The notes under the pieces were generated by a model. The model searched no databases and was not told where the DNA came from. It saw nothing but the letters and a program-made list of their open reading frames with translations. The translations under genes were made by a program, and so were the position numbers. Below, one piece after another: positions 28,151-41,499 of a stretch of 64,000 nucleotides of DNA (position 1 is its first letter; each line of letters starts with the position of its first letter). The DNA comes from Octopus vulgaris (taxonomy: Eukaryota): NCBI GenBank assembly GCA_951406725.2, contig OX597815.1, positions 198,524,001 through 198,588,000 on the forward strand, in the 5' to 3' direction.

Positions 28151-29097
28151 TAATCCAAACAAGAAAACAAAAAAACAACAACGCAAGGACGTGGAACAAA
28201 TAAAGTATTATTGGACGCTCAGGAAAGAAGGGAAGAAGGAGGGTTTGTATGTATGTATGTATATATATATATATATATATACATACATTACAAATACATT
28301 ATAAAATTAATCTTATTTTATTTGGAAGGATTTAACAACATACGTGAAACTCTCATAAGTGAAGAGACAAAACACATATGTGTTTCTGTGTGTGTGCATG
28401 TGTGTGAAAACGATGAGGGTATTCCGGAGGTTTTCGTCCGTCAATAATATACCTAACAGTGCTTTTGTCCATCTAGTCCATACGGACATCTGAAGCTAAA
28501 TAACTCATTATTCTCTGTTTTAACACAACATTCACATTAAGTTGGAGATAAGGGTTCATTTGTAGCATTAATACTGCTTCTGACGCGATTAATTTTATAT
28601 AAATAAGCTCACTGGCTAATTGTGACATCAGTGTCTGAATAGACACTGAACATCTATATATCGTTGACAGAGAGAATGGGCCGCCACTGAAGAGTCCAAG
28701 TAGGGAGAAATCGCTCCCGTGACAGTAGATTCTCGTCTGTCAACGATATACACAACAATGCTTTTATGCACCATGAGTCCATATAGAAGCTCCAGCTAAG
28801 ATAACAACGCGATATCGTATTCTAACACATCATTCCCATTAAGCTGGAGATAAAGATTACCTTGTGGTATTAATACAAATTCTGTCACTATTCATTATTT
28901 TTTTATGTTTTTATTTGTACTTAAGTGCCGATCGTTACAGTTAATTAGCCAACAACCAGTGGATGCGGTCAAATTCTGTTGGTCCGTTTAGATATGCATA
29001 TGTAGAAGTTCCAGTTAGTATACCGAATCTGTGATTTAAGAATATTTCCACCACACCTGAAACGAAAATAGTACCGAATTCCGTAAGAAGATACATT

Positions 29098-29495
29098 CTC
29101 TTTACTCTTTTTACTCTTTTACTTGTTTCAGTCATTTGACTGCGGCCATGCTGGAGCACCGCCTTTAGTCGAGCAAATCGACCCCGGGAATTATTCTTTG
29201 TAAGCCCAGTACTTATTCTATCGGTCTCTTTTGCCGAACCACTAAGTGACGGGGACATAAACACACCAGCATCGGTTGTCAAGCAATGCTAGGGGGACAA
29301 ACACAGACACACAAACACACACACACATATATATATATATGCATATATACGACAGGCTTCTTTCAGTTTCCGTCTACCAAATCCGCTCACAAGGCATTGG
29401 TCGGCCCGGGGCTATAGCAGAAGACACTTGCCCAAGATGCCACGCAGTGGGACTGAACCAGCAACCATATGGTTGGTTAGCAAGCTACTTACGAC
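29098..29495 (-). mobile_element. SINE group A (head clipped by adjacent group C copy)
   Basis: Reverse-complement consensus match with (ctctttta)n tail. Confidence 0.92.
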
Positions 29496-29509
29496 ACTTT
29501 TTTTAAAAT

Positions 29510-29860
29510 TTTTTGCCGCCCTTTTCAAGCCTAGCCAGGCTCATGGGCCCGGTTTCCCGGTTTCCCGTATGTGTTCCACCAAGCTGGATGAGGCGTTAGT
29601 CCATCGCAGAAATGCGCCCTTTTAAACCCTAGCCAGGCTCATGGGCCCGGTTTCCCTGTTTGTATGGCGTATGTGTTCTCCAGCTGGACGGGACGCCTGA
29701 CCTTCGCAGTGTTACTCATTTTTGCTAGTTGAGTGGACTGGAGCAACGTGAAATGAAGTGTTTTGCTCAACAACACAGCGCATCGCCGCTCCAGGAATCG
29801 AAACAACAATCTTACGATCATAGTGCTGACACCCTAACAACTAAGGCACGCACCTCCACA
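29510..29860 (-). mobile_element. SINE group C with duplicated ~100-bp tail
   Basis: Head ggaggtgcgtgccttagttgttaggg, CORE-like tgagcaaaacacttcatttcacgttgctccagtccactc; cctagccaggctcatgggccc occurs twice (29530, 29628). Confidence 0.8.
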
Positions 29861-30299
29861 CATCCTATAATGCATCATTTAATTAATTATATAATGAGCT
29901 GAAAGTTTATGTAAGTTATAATGGGTTCAATCTCTCTCTATGACCCTCAACACTAGAATCATACAACCAAATTCTTTTAAAACGAAAATCATGAGGCAAA
30001 AATGATGCGTGGCAGTTTTTAGCTGAAGCTGGTGTGTTAAACTATGAGAGTATTCTATTCGCTTGCCATACAATGTATTCATTTATAATATCTATTCAAT
30101 AGGGCACTCAAACATTTCATTAACAGCAGCATTCGATTCTTGGAAGCATTTCCCAAGGATGTCACGTTTACATCCGTTGCCTATCTACATCTATATGAAT
30201 ACACACATATTTCTACACACACCTAAAGATATTTATATGTGTGCGTGCGTGTGTGTGTGTAAGTATATGTCTGTATTTATGTATATGCACAGAGGTAAC

Positions 30300-30366
<67 letters not shown>

Positions 30367-31114
30367 CTGTGGATAGTGCTTGAGGGTAGTCCAACTATCG
30401 AAATATACATAATTCGAAGTTATTCAAAATTTTTTAGTGTCTCCTATAATGAAAGGCAAAATTAGATACGTTCTGAGAGCGATAATCAAAACATAGACTC
30501 CATAAATACAGACAATAAAATATTAAACTTCGGTTTCCATAATCTCAATGTGTAGTAATGTTAGAAACATAGGTAATAACATTGGAATTCCATTTAAATA
30601 CATATTAGTTTGATGCAAAAATTAGTAGATTGTTAGAAGCTATTTGAAGTTAGCTTATATACTGAAATGGATCAACTACATGCAAGCTACCGTGATTTCA
30701 AAATGAAATGGTCTATTATGTTTCCACATCGTGTCAGCCACGAGAAATGTTATACTACGCTTCAAACCATATCAGCTTAAAAATAAAGACTCGGTAAGTC
30801 AGGTCTTAATCTAACGCGATTTGTTGGATTTGCAGCCTTATGTATTTATTGCCATTGTTTTTTTTTTTTCTGTTTTTGTTTTCGTTTTGGATTTCATTTA
30901 ATCCAGGCTTGCTGGAATTCGGTTGGATATATTATGCAATGTTTAAAGATACAACACTAAATCTGGAATTAATGGCCGGACATAAGTATCTACTGATCTC
31001 CCTCTTCTCTCTCTCTCTCTCCCTCTCTCTCGCTCTCTCTCTTTCTACTCACAAACACCCACACACACACACGAACGCATACACGTACATAGATGCACAT
31101 TCGTTTATATATCT

Positions 31115-31281
31115 TTTGTATCTCTTATCTTTCACTTGTCTCACTCATGACGCTGCAGTCATGCTGGCGCACGGCCTTCTCAAGATTTATTTTTAAAACC
31201 TGGTACTTATTCTACAGGATGCTTTTGCCGAACCAACAAGTTACTGGTACGTAAACAAAGCAACGTCGCCTTTCACATGGC

Positions 31282-31334
<53 letters not shown>

Positions 31335-31824
31335 ATGCTGTGTGTATATATATATATCCGATGCTGTTGTGTGTATTCCCCCGTAACTTAGCGGTTCGGC
31401 AAAAGCACCGATAGAATAAGTACCAGGCTTACTAAGAATAAGCCCTAGGGTCGGTTTACACGACTAAAGGCGGTGTTCAAGCATGGACGCAGTCAAATGA
31501 CTGAAACAAGTAAACGAATAAGACAATATATATATATTCGTATTTTTTGTCTCTTAACTGTTTCAGTCATTAGAATATGCCCATGCTGGTGCACCGCTTT
31601 TTAGAATCTGTAGTCGAATGAATCGCCCCCTGTACCATGTTTGTCATAGCCTGGGACATATTTTATCGCCAACTTAGGCTGAACTGCTAAGTTACGGAAC
31701 GTAAACACGCCAGTACCGGTTGTCAAGCGGTTGTGGTGGACAAAGACCAACATACACACGCATACATACGTACACAAAAACACGCACACATATATATACA
31801 CACACAAGCATATATATATATACA

Positions 31825-31859
<35 letters not shown>

Positions 31860-32100
31860 GCATATATATATATATATACATACATATAAATATACATACA
31901 CACACATACACACACACAGACACACACATATATATATATACGATGGGCTTCTTCAGTTTCCGTCTACCAAATCCACTCACAAAGCTTTGGTCAGCTCAAG
32001 GCTATAACTTCGATGACAGTTACCCAAAGTGCCACGCATCGGGAGTGAACTCGAAACTACATGTTGGAAAGCAGGCGTCATACCAATGCAATCCATATAC
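31115..32100. mobile_element. Cluster of three SINE group A pieces (- 31115-31280, + 31333-31525, - 31545-32100)
   Basis: Consensus matches in alternating orientation, separated by (TA)n. Confidence 0.8.
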
Positions 32101-32544
32101 ATGACTATATAGTTTCTTTTATCTGTATGTATTTATATACATGTTTCTGTTTTATCTTTTTTATAATGGCGGTTTATATATTTCTTTAACTACTAATGTA
32201 CAATGTACTCTTACAATTTCTCCCCTTTACTACCACGCTTTTCATTCTCCCCTTTACTTTTTTTTACTTTTTTTCGCTTTCTTTCTCTTTCCGTCTCTAA
32301 ATACTTATAAATTACCTCGCCATGTGTCTGACTTCAGCTATTAGATCTCTGTAACAGAATGCAATAAAGTGTTTCCTGAATGATCCATAGTTGTTAGTCA
32401 TCCATATGCACTTGAATCCAGTGCTGCGTTCCAAATATAGTCAATGTTGAATCGTACTTAGGAACTATTAATGTCTACTCCCGTTTATCTTAATGGCCCA
32501 CAATACTCACACATACACAAACACACACACACACACACATGAAC

Positions 32545-32835
32545 CGGACTCCGTCGGTCATGAGTGACTGTGGGTGCACCTAAGAGATACAGGTCAGGCA
32601 GGGCGGAAAGTTGCCTCGCCGACAAACGCACGACCTAGGTTATCCAAGGTAAAGGCAAAGGCCGATACATCTAGGCACCAGTGACGTAACAATTCATTTC
32701 TACAGCCGACTGAACTGGACCAACGGAAAATAAAGAGTCTTGCTCAAGAAAACAACACGCAGCCCGATCCTGGAATTGAACACACAACCTCACGATCGTA
32801 AGCTCGGCGCTCTAACCACTAAGCCATGTGCCTTC
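32545..32835 (-). mobile_element. SINE group C, decayed
   Basis: Minus: ggcacatggcttagtggttagagcgccgagcttacgatcgtgagg...ttcttgagcaagactcttt; tail related to 36843-37160. Confidence 0.75.
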
Positions 32836-33399
32836 ACTCATTCACACACACACACATATTCACACATGCGCGCTCACATATATTGCAAGTGAACTTGTAA
32901 CCGGGCACGACCGCGTACTCACTCATTAAGCTCGTGCACGCGTTCCGAGAGTCCAAGTTTTGCTGTACACGAATCTGTTTTAAGTGGGTAAAATATTGTA
33001 CATCTCTTATCCCCACTTATCTCAGTAATCAGTTATAAAACCAGTGCCACAACAGAGGTGAGACAACCAGTAACTAACAGCGCTTCAGTTTTTTTTTGTT
33101 TTTTTTTTTGTTATATATACGAATTCACCTTCTAGAGAGAAGTTCTAAAAAGTGCTACGGTTATTACAATGCCTGCTGTTTCAAAAGACGTAAAAGGCAC
33201 ATCGTTCTGTCACCTACAGAGTTTGAAAAAAACTGTTAAAAATATTATCTAAAACAAGTGATATATGGACTAATCTCTTAAAGTTTGAACGAAGCAACGA
33301 AACAAGTTTCTAAATATTTTCTCATAAACCGCTCGTTATTCAGCAACTATAATTATCTATCCAGATTATACTGATAATGTAGCTGATAATTGTAATGCT

Positions 33400-34091
33400 A
33401 TCTCATAGAAGCTCACCTTGTACATCAACGATTTGAGGAATTGGCAAAACAGATCGGATTACACGTAAATGGCGATAACACCGAGTTTAATGTTTTTAAT
33501 CAACCAAAACAACACATTAATGAGTAAATGGTGCGAATTTGTAAAGTGCAATTGACAGAGAAATCGGAAGTAATAATTGATTTGGCATATATTTAGTAAT
33601 GTAAACGATGTCCACAATAAGGGTACCAAACTTTTGTAGTGACCTCTAAATATGATTTACAGCGTAAACGTAGAGAGAATAGTGATATATGGAATTGAAT
33701 GTTGGATTGTTTCGGCTGCAGATTAAAAAGTATGAATTAAGAACTTATTTGAAGGATACTTTTGAAGAACAACGTTTACAGAAAATGGGAAAAATGGAAA
33801 TAAACCATTATTAACAGAAACAATCAAAGCAGGCCTAAATTTGTGGGTGAGAGTATAAAGAGGAATGACGCTCTCTTTTATCTCTTTTATTTGTTTCAGT
33901 CATTTGACTGCGGCCATGCTGGAGCACCGCTTTTAATCGAGCAACTCGACTCCGGGACTTATTCTTTTGTAAGCCCAGTATTATTCTATGGGTCTCTTTT
34001 GCCGAACCGCTAAGTTACGGGGACATAGACACACCAGCATCGGTTGTCAAGCAATGCTGGAGGGACAAACACAGACGCACAAACACACACA

Positions 34092-34154
<63 letters not shown>

Positions 34155-34430
34155 GACGGGCTTCTTTCAGTTTCCGTCTACCATATCCACTCACAAGGCA
34201 TTGGTCGGCCCGAGGCTATAGTAGAAGACACTCGCCCAAGGTGCCACTCAGTGGGACTGAACCCGGAACCATGTGGTTGGTAAGCAAGCTACTTACCACA
34301 CAGCCACTCCTGCGCCTATTGTAACTACGCTGTTGTAACTAAGCTGAAACAAGGAAGAATTTTAATAGACGAAGGAGCGAGACAATGTTGAACTTATGCA
34401 CAAAAACATTGCATGTAAAATGGCCGTCTC
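33400..34430 (+). mobile_element. Decayed RTE-like LINE reverse-transcriptase 3' part, interrupted by SINE A
   Basis: EELAKQIGLHVNGDNTEF (GLxVNxxKTE motif) at ~33436-33490 and IYGIECW (LLYGxExW) at ~33686. Confidence 0.6.
33872..34318 (-). mobile_element. SINE group A (full length)
   Basis: Complete reverse-complement consensus ending cagccactcctgcgcct. Confidence 0.93.
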
Positions 34431-35043
34431 TAATATTGTTTGATGTTGAGAAATCTCCTCGCTTTTCGTAATCACCGCTAGAAGATAAATTCCTTTTATG
34501 CCGCCCTATGGCAAATCGGTCAATTAGTTTCTAACATCTTGGGCATCCTCAGTAGCGTGTACCGTGAGAGAAACAACCATGGAAGGAGCCTTGAAGCCTT
34601 CGCTTCCTTATAGTAAATAAGCAACAAAACATGGAGTAACTAAGTGCAACACCGGTCAGAGTAGATTAGAATGCTGTTGTAGACCGGTGAAATTGTACAG
34701 GATTCTCTGTGAATGTTATTGTGACCACTTGACATTGACCTAGTTCTCCTAACGCCATATCTGTTCATCAAATAGTGGTAATTGGCATTTAGTTGTGACT
34801 ATCCTGTTTTCTACATAAATTCCTTTATATGGAGCTCTGACATCCCCTTTACCCCATTTCTATAAATAGAAAATCTTTATTGTCTCCTTTCATTTGTTCT
34901 TCCTCTCAGAACCTTACAGTAGTCTGGAACAACTGAATCTTTGTCAGTCAGTCGATGGGCTCCCCTACCTCAAATGCTCTTAAAATTTAAATCCACATGT
35001 TGCCACTTGATATGAAAATTTTTGTATTAATGGAAAACCTCCA

Positions 35044-35135
35044 TAATTGACTGATGAGTGCTCAGCATTTTAAAACTGTTGTAATACTTACAGCATTTAA
35101 TAAAATGATGTAGTACGAAACGATCGTACCAAATT
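35044..35135 (+). ncRNA. Minimal type I hammerhead ribozyme motif with long stem II
   Basis: CTGATGA (35051-35057), gtgct...agtac stem II extended by a long hairpin, GAAA-C-gatc-G-TA (palindromic ACGATCGT), predicted GUA site at 35128; stem I taattga/ccaaatta imperfect. Confidence 0.7.
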
Positions 35136-35262
35136 ACCGGAGTCATTATTGTTGCTTATTTTGATTATAATCACCCCACGGATTTTATGGATAATACCAT
35201 ACAGATTTCTAGTGCATCTAAATTAAGTACCATATTCATTTGAATCTAAATTTTTGCTGAAC

Positions 35263-35324
<62 letters not shown>

Positions 35325-35709
35325 TGTATGTATATGTCTGTATGTCTATAGATTATGTATACATGTATGCATATATATATATTTGTACATGCATTTATTT
35401 ATAAAGAGATAGCGTGGGTGTGAGACATATACACAAAATCATAAATATAACTATACAGACACACATTTGAATGTATATATGTCTGTGTATCTATGTGGAG
35501 TACACTGCAAACTTACAGAATATCCGAGGAAGTTGTTTTTCATTTAATATTTTAAATTAAATTTGAATGCATGTCTTTCTAGAATGGCAATTTATTAAAA
35601 CAACACAATACTGCACAGATTCCAATAGCTCAAACCAGCAAATCAGCAACGCTGAATACACACGAATCGCACAAAATGAACGAAGGGAAACACAGAAATA
35701 GTAGATGAG

Positions 35710-36680
35710 ACAATACAGAAGGCTGTGCTCAATACACCATGACATGCCATAGATATAATTCTTAGAACAAAGTAATAAAAGGATAAAAGAATAAAAAATT
35801 ATTAGAATGGATGAATAGATAGTTATACGTTCTGTATATCTCGTGTGATTTTCTTTTTCTCTTTTCAAATCACAAAACGTTGACTTTCATCTCTACACGA
35901 TCGATAAAAATGTACTAGTGAGTGTAAAACCTGAAGGACTTAACCCAAGCATGTCCAGAAAGCAATAGTTAAATACAGTAACAGACATGAACCAGATACA
36001 AATACACACACACACACATTCACATGATGCACAAGAACACATACATATCTGTGTGTTGCTTGTATATGTGGTGGATAAGCTGAAAGAAAGAATGCTATAA
36101 GCAAAGTAGAGCAAGTTATACATTTCTTTATATTTAGCTGTCAATCTGAATAAGCAACTCAGAAGCCAAGTGTTGCGTGCATTACGAATACAAAAAGCGA
36201 AATGATGAAATGTTACACAAGAATTCCATTCAGCTTTACACCACAGATGCGAAATGTAAGTGTTGTGTTTCTGATAAACAAGTCAGTCAGGTAAAAGTTT
36301 TTAATATGCCTCTCTTAATAAACAGTAATGCCGTTTCATTCAATACAGTAATAAAACTATGAAGGGACACCTAAAAAAGAAACTAAAATATAAAGAGAGA
36401 CAGAAGTTTCCTCTCTTTAGACATTTTTCACCTATGAAGGATGATGGAAGCTATCAATAAAATTGTTTCCAAAGCATTGATTCCCAGATGTCAAAACTGT
36501 AACATATACACGTTGTCATCTACCATCATACCAAGGATTTTTACTCAAACAATCTGCACACAACTTGCCAGTTAGGTGATTATGGTGATGCCGGTTAGGT
36601 GATTTCTCATTTTATTACTTTGTTCTAAGAATTATATCTATGGCATGTCATGGTGTATTGAGCACAGCCTTCTGTATTGT
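35710..36680. repeat. Perfect 71-bp inverted repeat pair (35710-35780 and 36610-36680)
   Basis: acaatacagaaggctgtgctcaatacaccatgacatgccatagatataattcttagaacaaagtaataaaa is the exact reverse complement of 36610-36680. Confidence 0.95.
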
Positions 36681-36842
36681 GTCGTTGTAAAGTGTAGGTT
36701 ATGGAACACAATTTTTATTGTGATTAGTTTGAGTAAAACTATGAAGGACTTAGACCAGGGAAATTTATGAGCCGATATCAAGTCAATATTTTTTGGAAAT
36801 TTAAATTGTTAACCAATTACTGAAACGTAATTTTAACTTGTT

Positions 36843-37160
36843 GAGACCCCCTTCGGCCATGACTGACCGTGGGATTGCACCTAGAAAGTTACCCTCGCAG
36901 GTACAAGTCCGGGCAAGGTTGTTTATGGAAGACCAGCAGACGTTCATTTATACCGGCCTCCCCTCTCCACGCCACCAGTGTTATCCAATGGAAAGACGAA
37001 TGCCGATACAGCCTGTGACGTCGCAACTCATTTCTACAGCTCAGTGGACTGGAGTAACGTGAAATATAGTGTCTTGCTCAAGAACACAACACGCAACCTG
37101 ATCCGGGATTCGAATTCACAAGCTCACGATCGAAAGCTCGACGCTCGACGCTCTAACCAC
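36843..37160 (-). mobile_element. SINE group C
   Basis: Minus: gtggttagagcg...ttcgaatcccgg (B box), ttcttgagcaagacactatatttcacgttactccagtccact (CORE-like), tail ...cccacggtcagtcatggccgaagggggtctc. Confidence 0.85.
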
Positions 37161-37490
37161 TTCACTCACCTTTTAACTCGTATATCAATATTTATAAAAT
37201 ATATTTTCGCTAAATTCAGTGTGTCTAATACGTTAGTATTTCCAAGAGACACACTACTTATTCAACGAATGTAACGAGACACCCAATACATCGAAACCTC
37301 GCAATATATGTCTAATATAAGTAGTGAAACCGGCTCAGAATACGTAGTTAAGAATACTTAACTATGTATTCTTGTAGTTATTTGATTGTAGATTATTAAA
37401 TAAAATATTTTGAAACGGTTTGAGTGCAAAGGTATATTCTGGTGTACGTAATCATGAAATCATTTTATATTGTACTATAAACTTTCTTTG

Positions 37491-37870
37491 TGGAGGCGCA
37501 ATGGCCTAGTGGTTAGGGCAGAGGACTCGCGGTCGTAGGATCGTGGTTTCGATTCCAAGACCGGGCGTTGTGAGTGTTTATTGAGCGAAAACACTTAAAG
37601 CTCCACGAAGCTCCGGCAGTGGGGGGGTGATCCCTGCTGTACTCTTTCACCACAACTTTCTCTTACTCTTACTTCCTGTCTCTGTTGTACCTGTATTTCA
37701 AAGGACCGGCCTTGTCACTCTCTGTGTCACGCTGAATATCCCCGAGAACTACGTTAAGGGTACACGTATCTGTGGAGTGCTCAGCCACTTGTACGCTAAT
37801 TTCACGAGCAGTCTGTTCCGTTGATTCGGATCAACCGGAACCCTCGTCGTCGTAACCGACGGAGTGCTTC
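37491..37870 (+). mobile_element. tRNA-headed SINE related to group C, different body/tail
   Basis: ggaggcgcaatggcctagtggttagggc...gtttcgattcc...ttgagcgaaaacacttaaagctccacg; GC-richer than flanks. Confidence 0.75.
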
Positions 37871-38141
37871 CATATATCTTTCTAGATATGTTATTATATA
37901 TTTGAATAAGTAATGAGAAATTTTGAAATAATTTCATTGTGATAATCTATATTTTAAACCGGTAATGTAATTATAACAGGTTCCAGTGAAAAGCAGCGTA
38001 ACTGCAATGCCTGAAACTGGTCCTGCAAGTCTCAGATGGTTCTGAATTCCTGTCTGAGATGGGATGGCAGAGCGTCAAATTAAGACCATTCTGCAGCTGT
38101 GTCCTGCTGAGCTATCAATCATTGAAGCGACGAGAGAATGT

Positions 38142-38231
<90 letters not shown>

Positions 38232-38282
38232 TATATATATATGTACATAAGCATATACATATGCATTTATTGATTTATTTCT

Positions 38283-38323
<41 letters not shown>

Positions 38324-38563
38324 TTATACACAGAGTGGAAGAGAGAGAGAGAGTGAGAGAGATTCTGTACGAGATTAGAATGTTGCCAAATTAATATAAC
38401 CTATTTTGCTATCTGTTCCATAGATTGCACTAGATTCCTATCTTTATATTGATTTGTCCACTTCGTTTGTATTTATTAATTCTCACGCTGGCTTATGGAA
38501 AATATTGTATACTTTATCTCCTACAATTAATAAAACGATAGTATTTGAATCCGTCTCCACATT

Positions 38564-38600
<37 letters not shown>

Positions 38601-39011
38601 GTGTGTGTGCGTGTGTGTTTACGTATCTGCCAACTACTTGCTTTTTCTGAGCTTCTAATAAAGAAGACCTGGTATGCATTTGAATGAATATGTTTTATGG
38701 GTGTGTTTTATAACGTGATACAGGAGACATGAAAAAGTGTGAATGAAACTGTCTGGAACGAACGGTAACTAAGTCATGCATTTGCTCTTCCTTTGATATG
38801 CATATTATTAGCAATTTATGCGTGTGTGCGTGTGTGTATGTATCTATGTATGTATGTGTGTGTGGCAGCGTGTTTCTGTATATATACGTACACAACTATA
38901 ACAAAATCATACACATGAAAGCGAAATTATATCTAGATGTAAACAAATATTATCTCGAAGCAAACTCACATATTCGATACGCACTCACAACCCGCTATGC
39001 ATATGCATATG

Positions 39012-39098
<87 letters not shown>

Positions 39099-39099
39099 C

Positions 39100-39175
<76 letters not shown>

Positions 39176-39177
39176 TA

Positions 39178-39234
<57 letters not shown>

Positions 39235-39280
39235 CTCTGTGCTCTTTGCACTTTCTACGCTTCCATTTGATTAGTTTGTG

Positions 39281-39324
<44 letters not shown>

Positions 39325-39339
39325 GTATATATATAAATG

Positions 39340-39371
<32 letters not shown>

Positions 39372-40595
39372 TATATCTATATATATAGATGTATATGTAT
39401 CCTTATATATCTATATATATAGATGTATATGTATGCTTATATATCTATATATATAGATGTATATGTATGCTTATAGATATATACACAATCACACACTCAT
39501 CTATATATGCATATGTATGTTTGTGCGTGTACATACGTATACGAGTTTATGAGTAGTCATTTACAAATACTTACATACAGCAGTTTTCTTGTGTGTGTGT
39601 GTGTTTGTCTTCATGTGTCTGTGTGTTCGTAACTAAACACCGGCCGGACTCTATATCCGTCTTTACGTATATTTGCGACCAAATATGTTACTAGCTAACT
39701 ACTTTATTATAGTCTATCAGTTATATTTGTAACTAAGAGACACACACATACATACACGCGTAGATTATCACAGACACATACACATTCACAACGCAAGCAA
39801 TCGCACAAACACGTTTATTCACCTACATTCAGATTCCTTCTATCTTTCTACAATTATATATACTTCTATTTGTCTTGCCAGTGGTTGTCTTGTCACAGTT
39901 ACTGATCGAAAGCAAGTGTGTGTGTGTCTCTGTGTGTGTGTCTGTGTGTCTGTGTGTGTCTGTGTGTCTGTGTGTCTGTGTGTGTGTGTGTGTGTGTCTG
40001 TGTGTGTTTGTGCGTGAACACGTTTGTGTGTACATATATATATATATATATATATACACATAATCTTCTATTTTCAGTGATAGGGAAACGAAAGAGATAA
40101 AAAAAAAAAACTACGGTATGTAGAAAGCTGGGTTAATATCTATATATAGCTATATACATATATATTTGAAACGTCTGTCCTTAAACGTGTCTGTCTGTTA
40201 TTAAGAATGTCTTAAACATAATTTCGTGTAAGAATTTTACATTTGCTATTTTTCTACATACAACGGCTTTCTAGATAATTTGGTTTTCTCTTCTAGGTGA
40301 AATATTTATGAATGTGTTCTTACGGCGTTTTGTCTTAGGTAGGTAGGTTTCGTGTTTTACTTAAAAGTATATGCCATTTTTTAATGTAATATACTTCGGA
40401 TGTACCTTGATTATTATGAACTCAAGAAAGAGAGTATTGAATGAGACTAAATGTGTAACAGAAGCGTACACGTCTAGGAAGAATAATATATCAAACAAAG
40501 TGTAAACAGCACGTATATACATACATAGGTACATACATACAGATACAAACACATACGCATATATATATCTAAATATACATATACACATACACAGA

Positions 40596-40685
40596 CCGCA
40601 CACGCTCACACACGCACACGCTCACACATGCACACGCTCACACACGCACACGCTCACACACGCACACGCTCACACACGCACACAA
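40596..40685. repeat. 16-bp minisatellite (gcacacgctcacacac)n
   Basis: About five degenerate units. Confidence 0.85.
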
Positions 40686-40730
40686 ACATATATATGGGGT
40701 TGGTGTGGACAGATAGATATATAAAAAATA

Positions 40731-40888
40731 TAGGAGTGGATGTGTAGTATGTAGCATTCTTACAAACCACATGGTTCTGTGTTCAGTCCCACTACGTGAC
40801 ATCTTGGGCAAGTGTCTTCTACTATAGCCTCGCGCCGACCAAAGCCTTGTGAGTGGATTTGGTAGACGGAAACTGAAAAAAGCCCGTC

Positions 40889-40941
<53 letters not shown>

Positions 40942-41162
40942 AGAGAGAGAGAGAGAGAGAGTTTACGAAAAAAAAATACGTAGACAGGTGGTGTACAAAA
41001 CAAACAGATGTATTATTATAACGCTCAGGAATAGAAAGAGTATTTTACGTTTCGAGCCTACGCTCTTCTACAGAAAGGGACACAGAAAAAAAACAAGGAG
41101 AAACATGGATAGAAGAACAAATGTGTTATGGCTAACGATCTATCATCGCGACATATATATAT

Positions 41163-41223
<61 letters not shown>

Positions 41224-41440
41224 TGCGTGCTTGCATGTGTCTGTATGTATGTGTGTGTCTGTGTTTGTCCCCCCAACATCGCTTGATAACCGATTCTGGT
41301 GTGTTTACGTCTCCGTAAATACGATAAGTACAAGGCTTACAAAGAATAAGTCCTGGTGTCGATTTGCTCGAGCGACTAAAGGCGGTGCTCCAGCATGGCC
41401 GCAGTCAAATGGCTGAAACAAGTAAAAGAGTAAAAGAGAG
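40731..41440 (+). mobile_element. SINE group A split at its internal microsatellite by a Penelope-like fragment (~40960-41150)
   Basis: 5' half ends gcccgtcg(TA)n at 40890; 3' half resumes in (TG)n after 41160; the insert holds a hammerhead-like motif on minus. Confidence 0.85.
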
Positions 41441-41499
41441 AGTATATACGATTATAACATATATTCATCCATTTATATATGTATGTACATATATTTCTT

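Noticed and set aside
34515-34555. CTGAGGA...GAAAC on minus (also + 59964-59990) as hammerheads
   Set aside because: Stem II is weak and there is no NUH triplet or stem I
37491-37565. tRNA gene
   Set aside because: The tRNA-like head runs straight into a SINE body, with no clean cloverleaf or terminator; same for the other SINE heads
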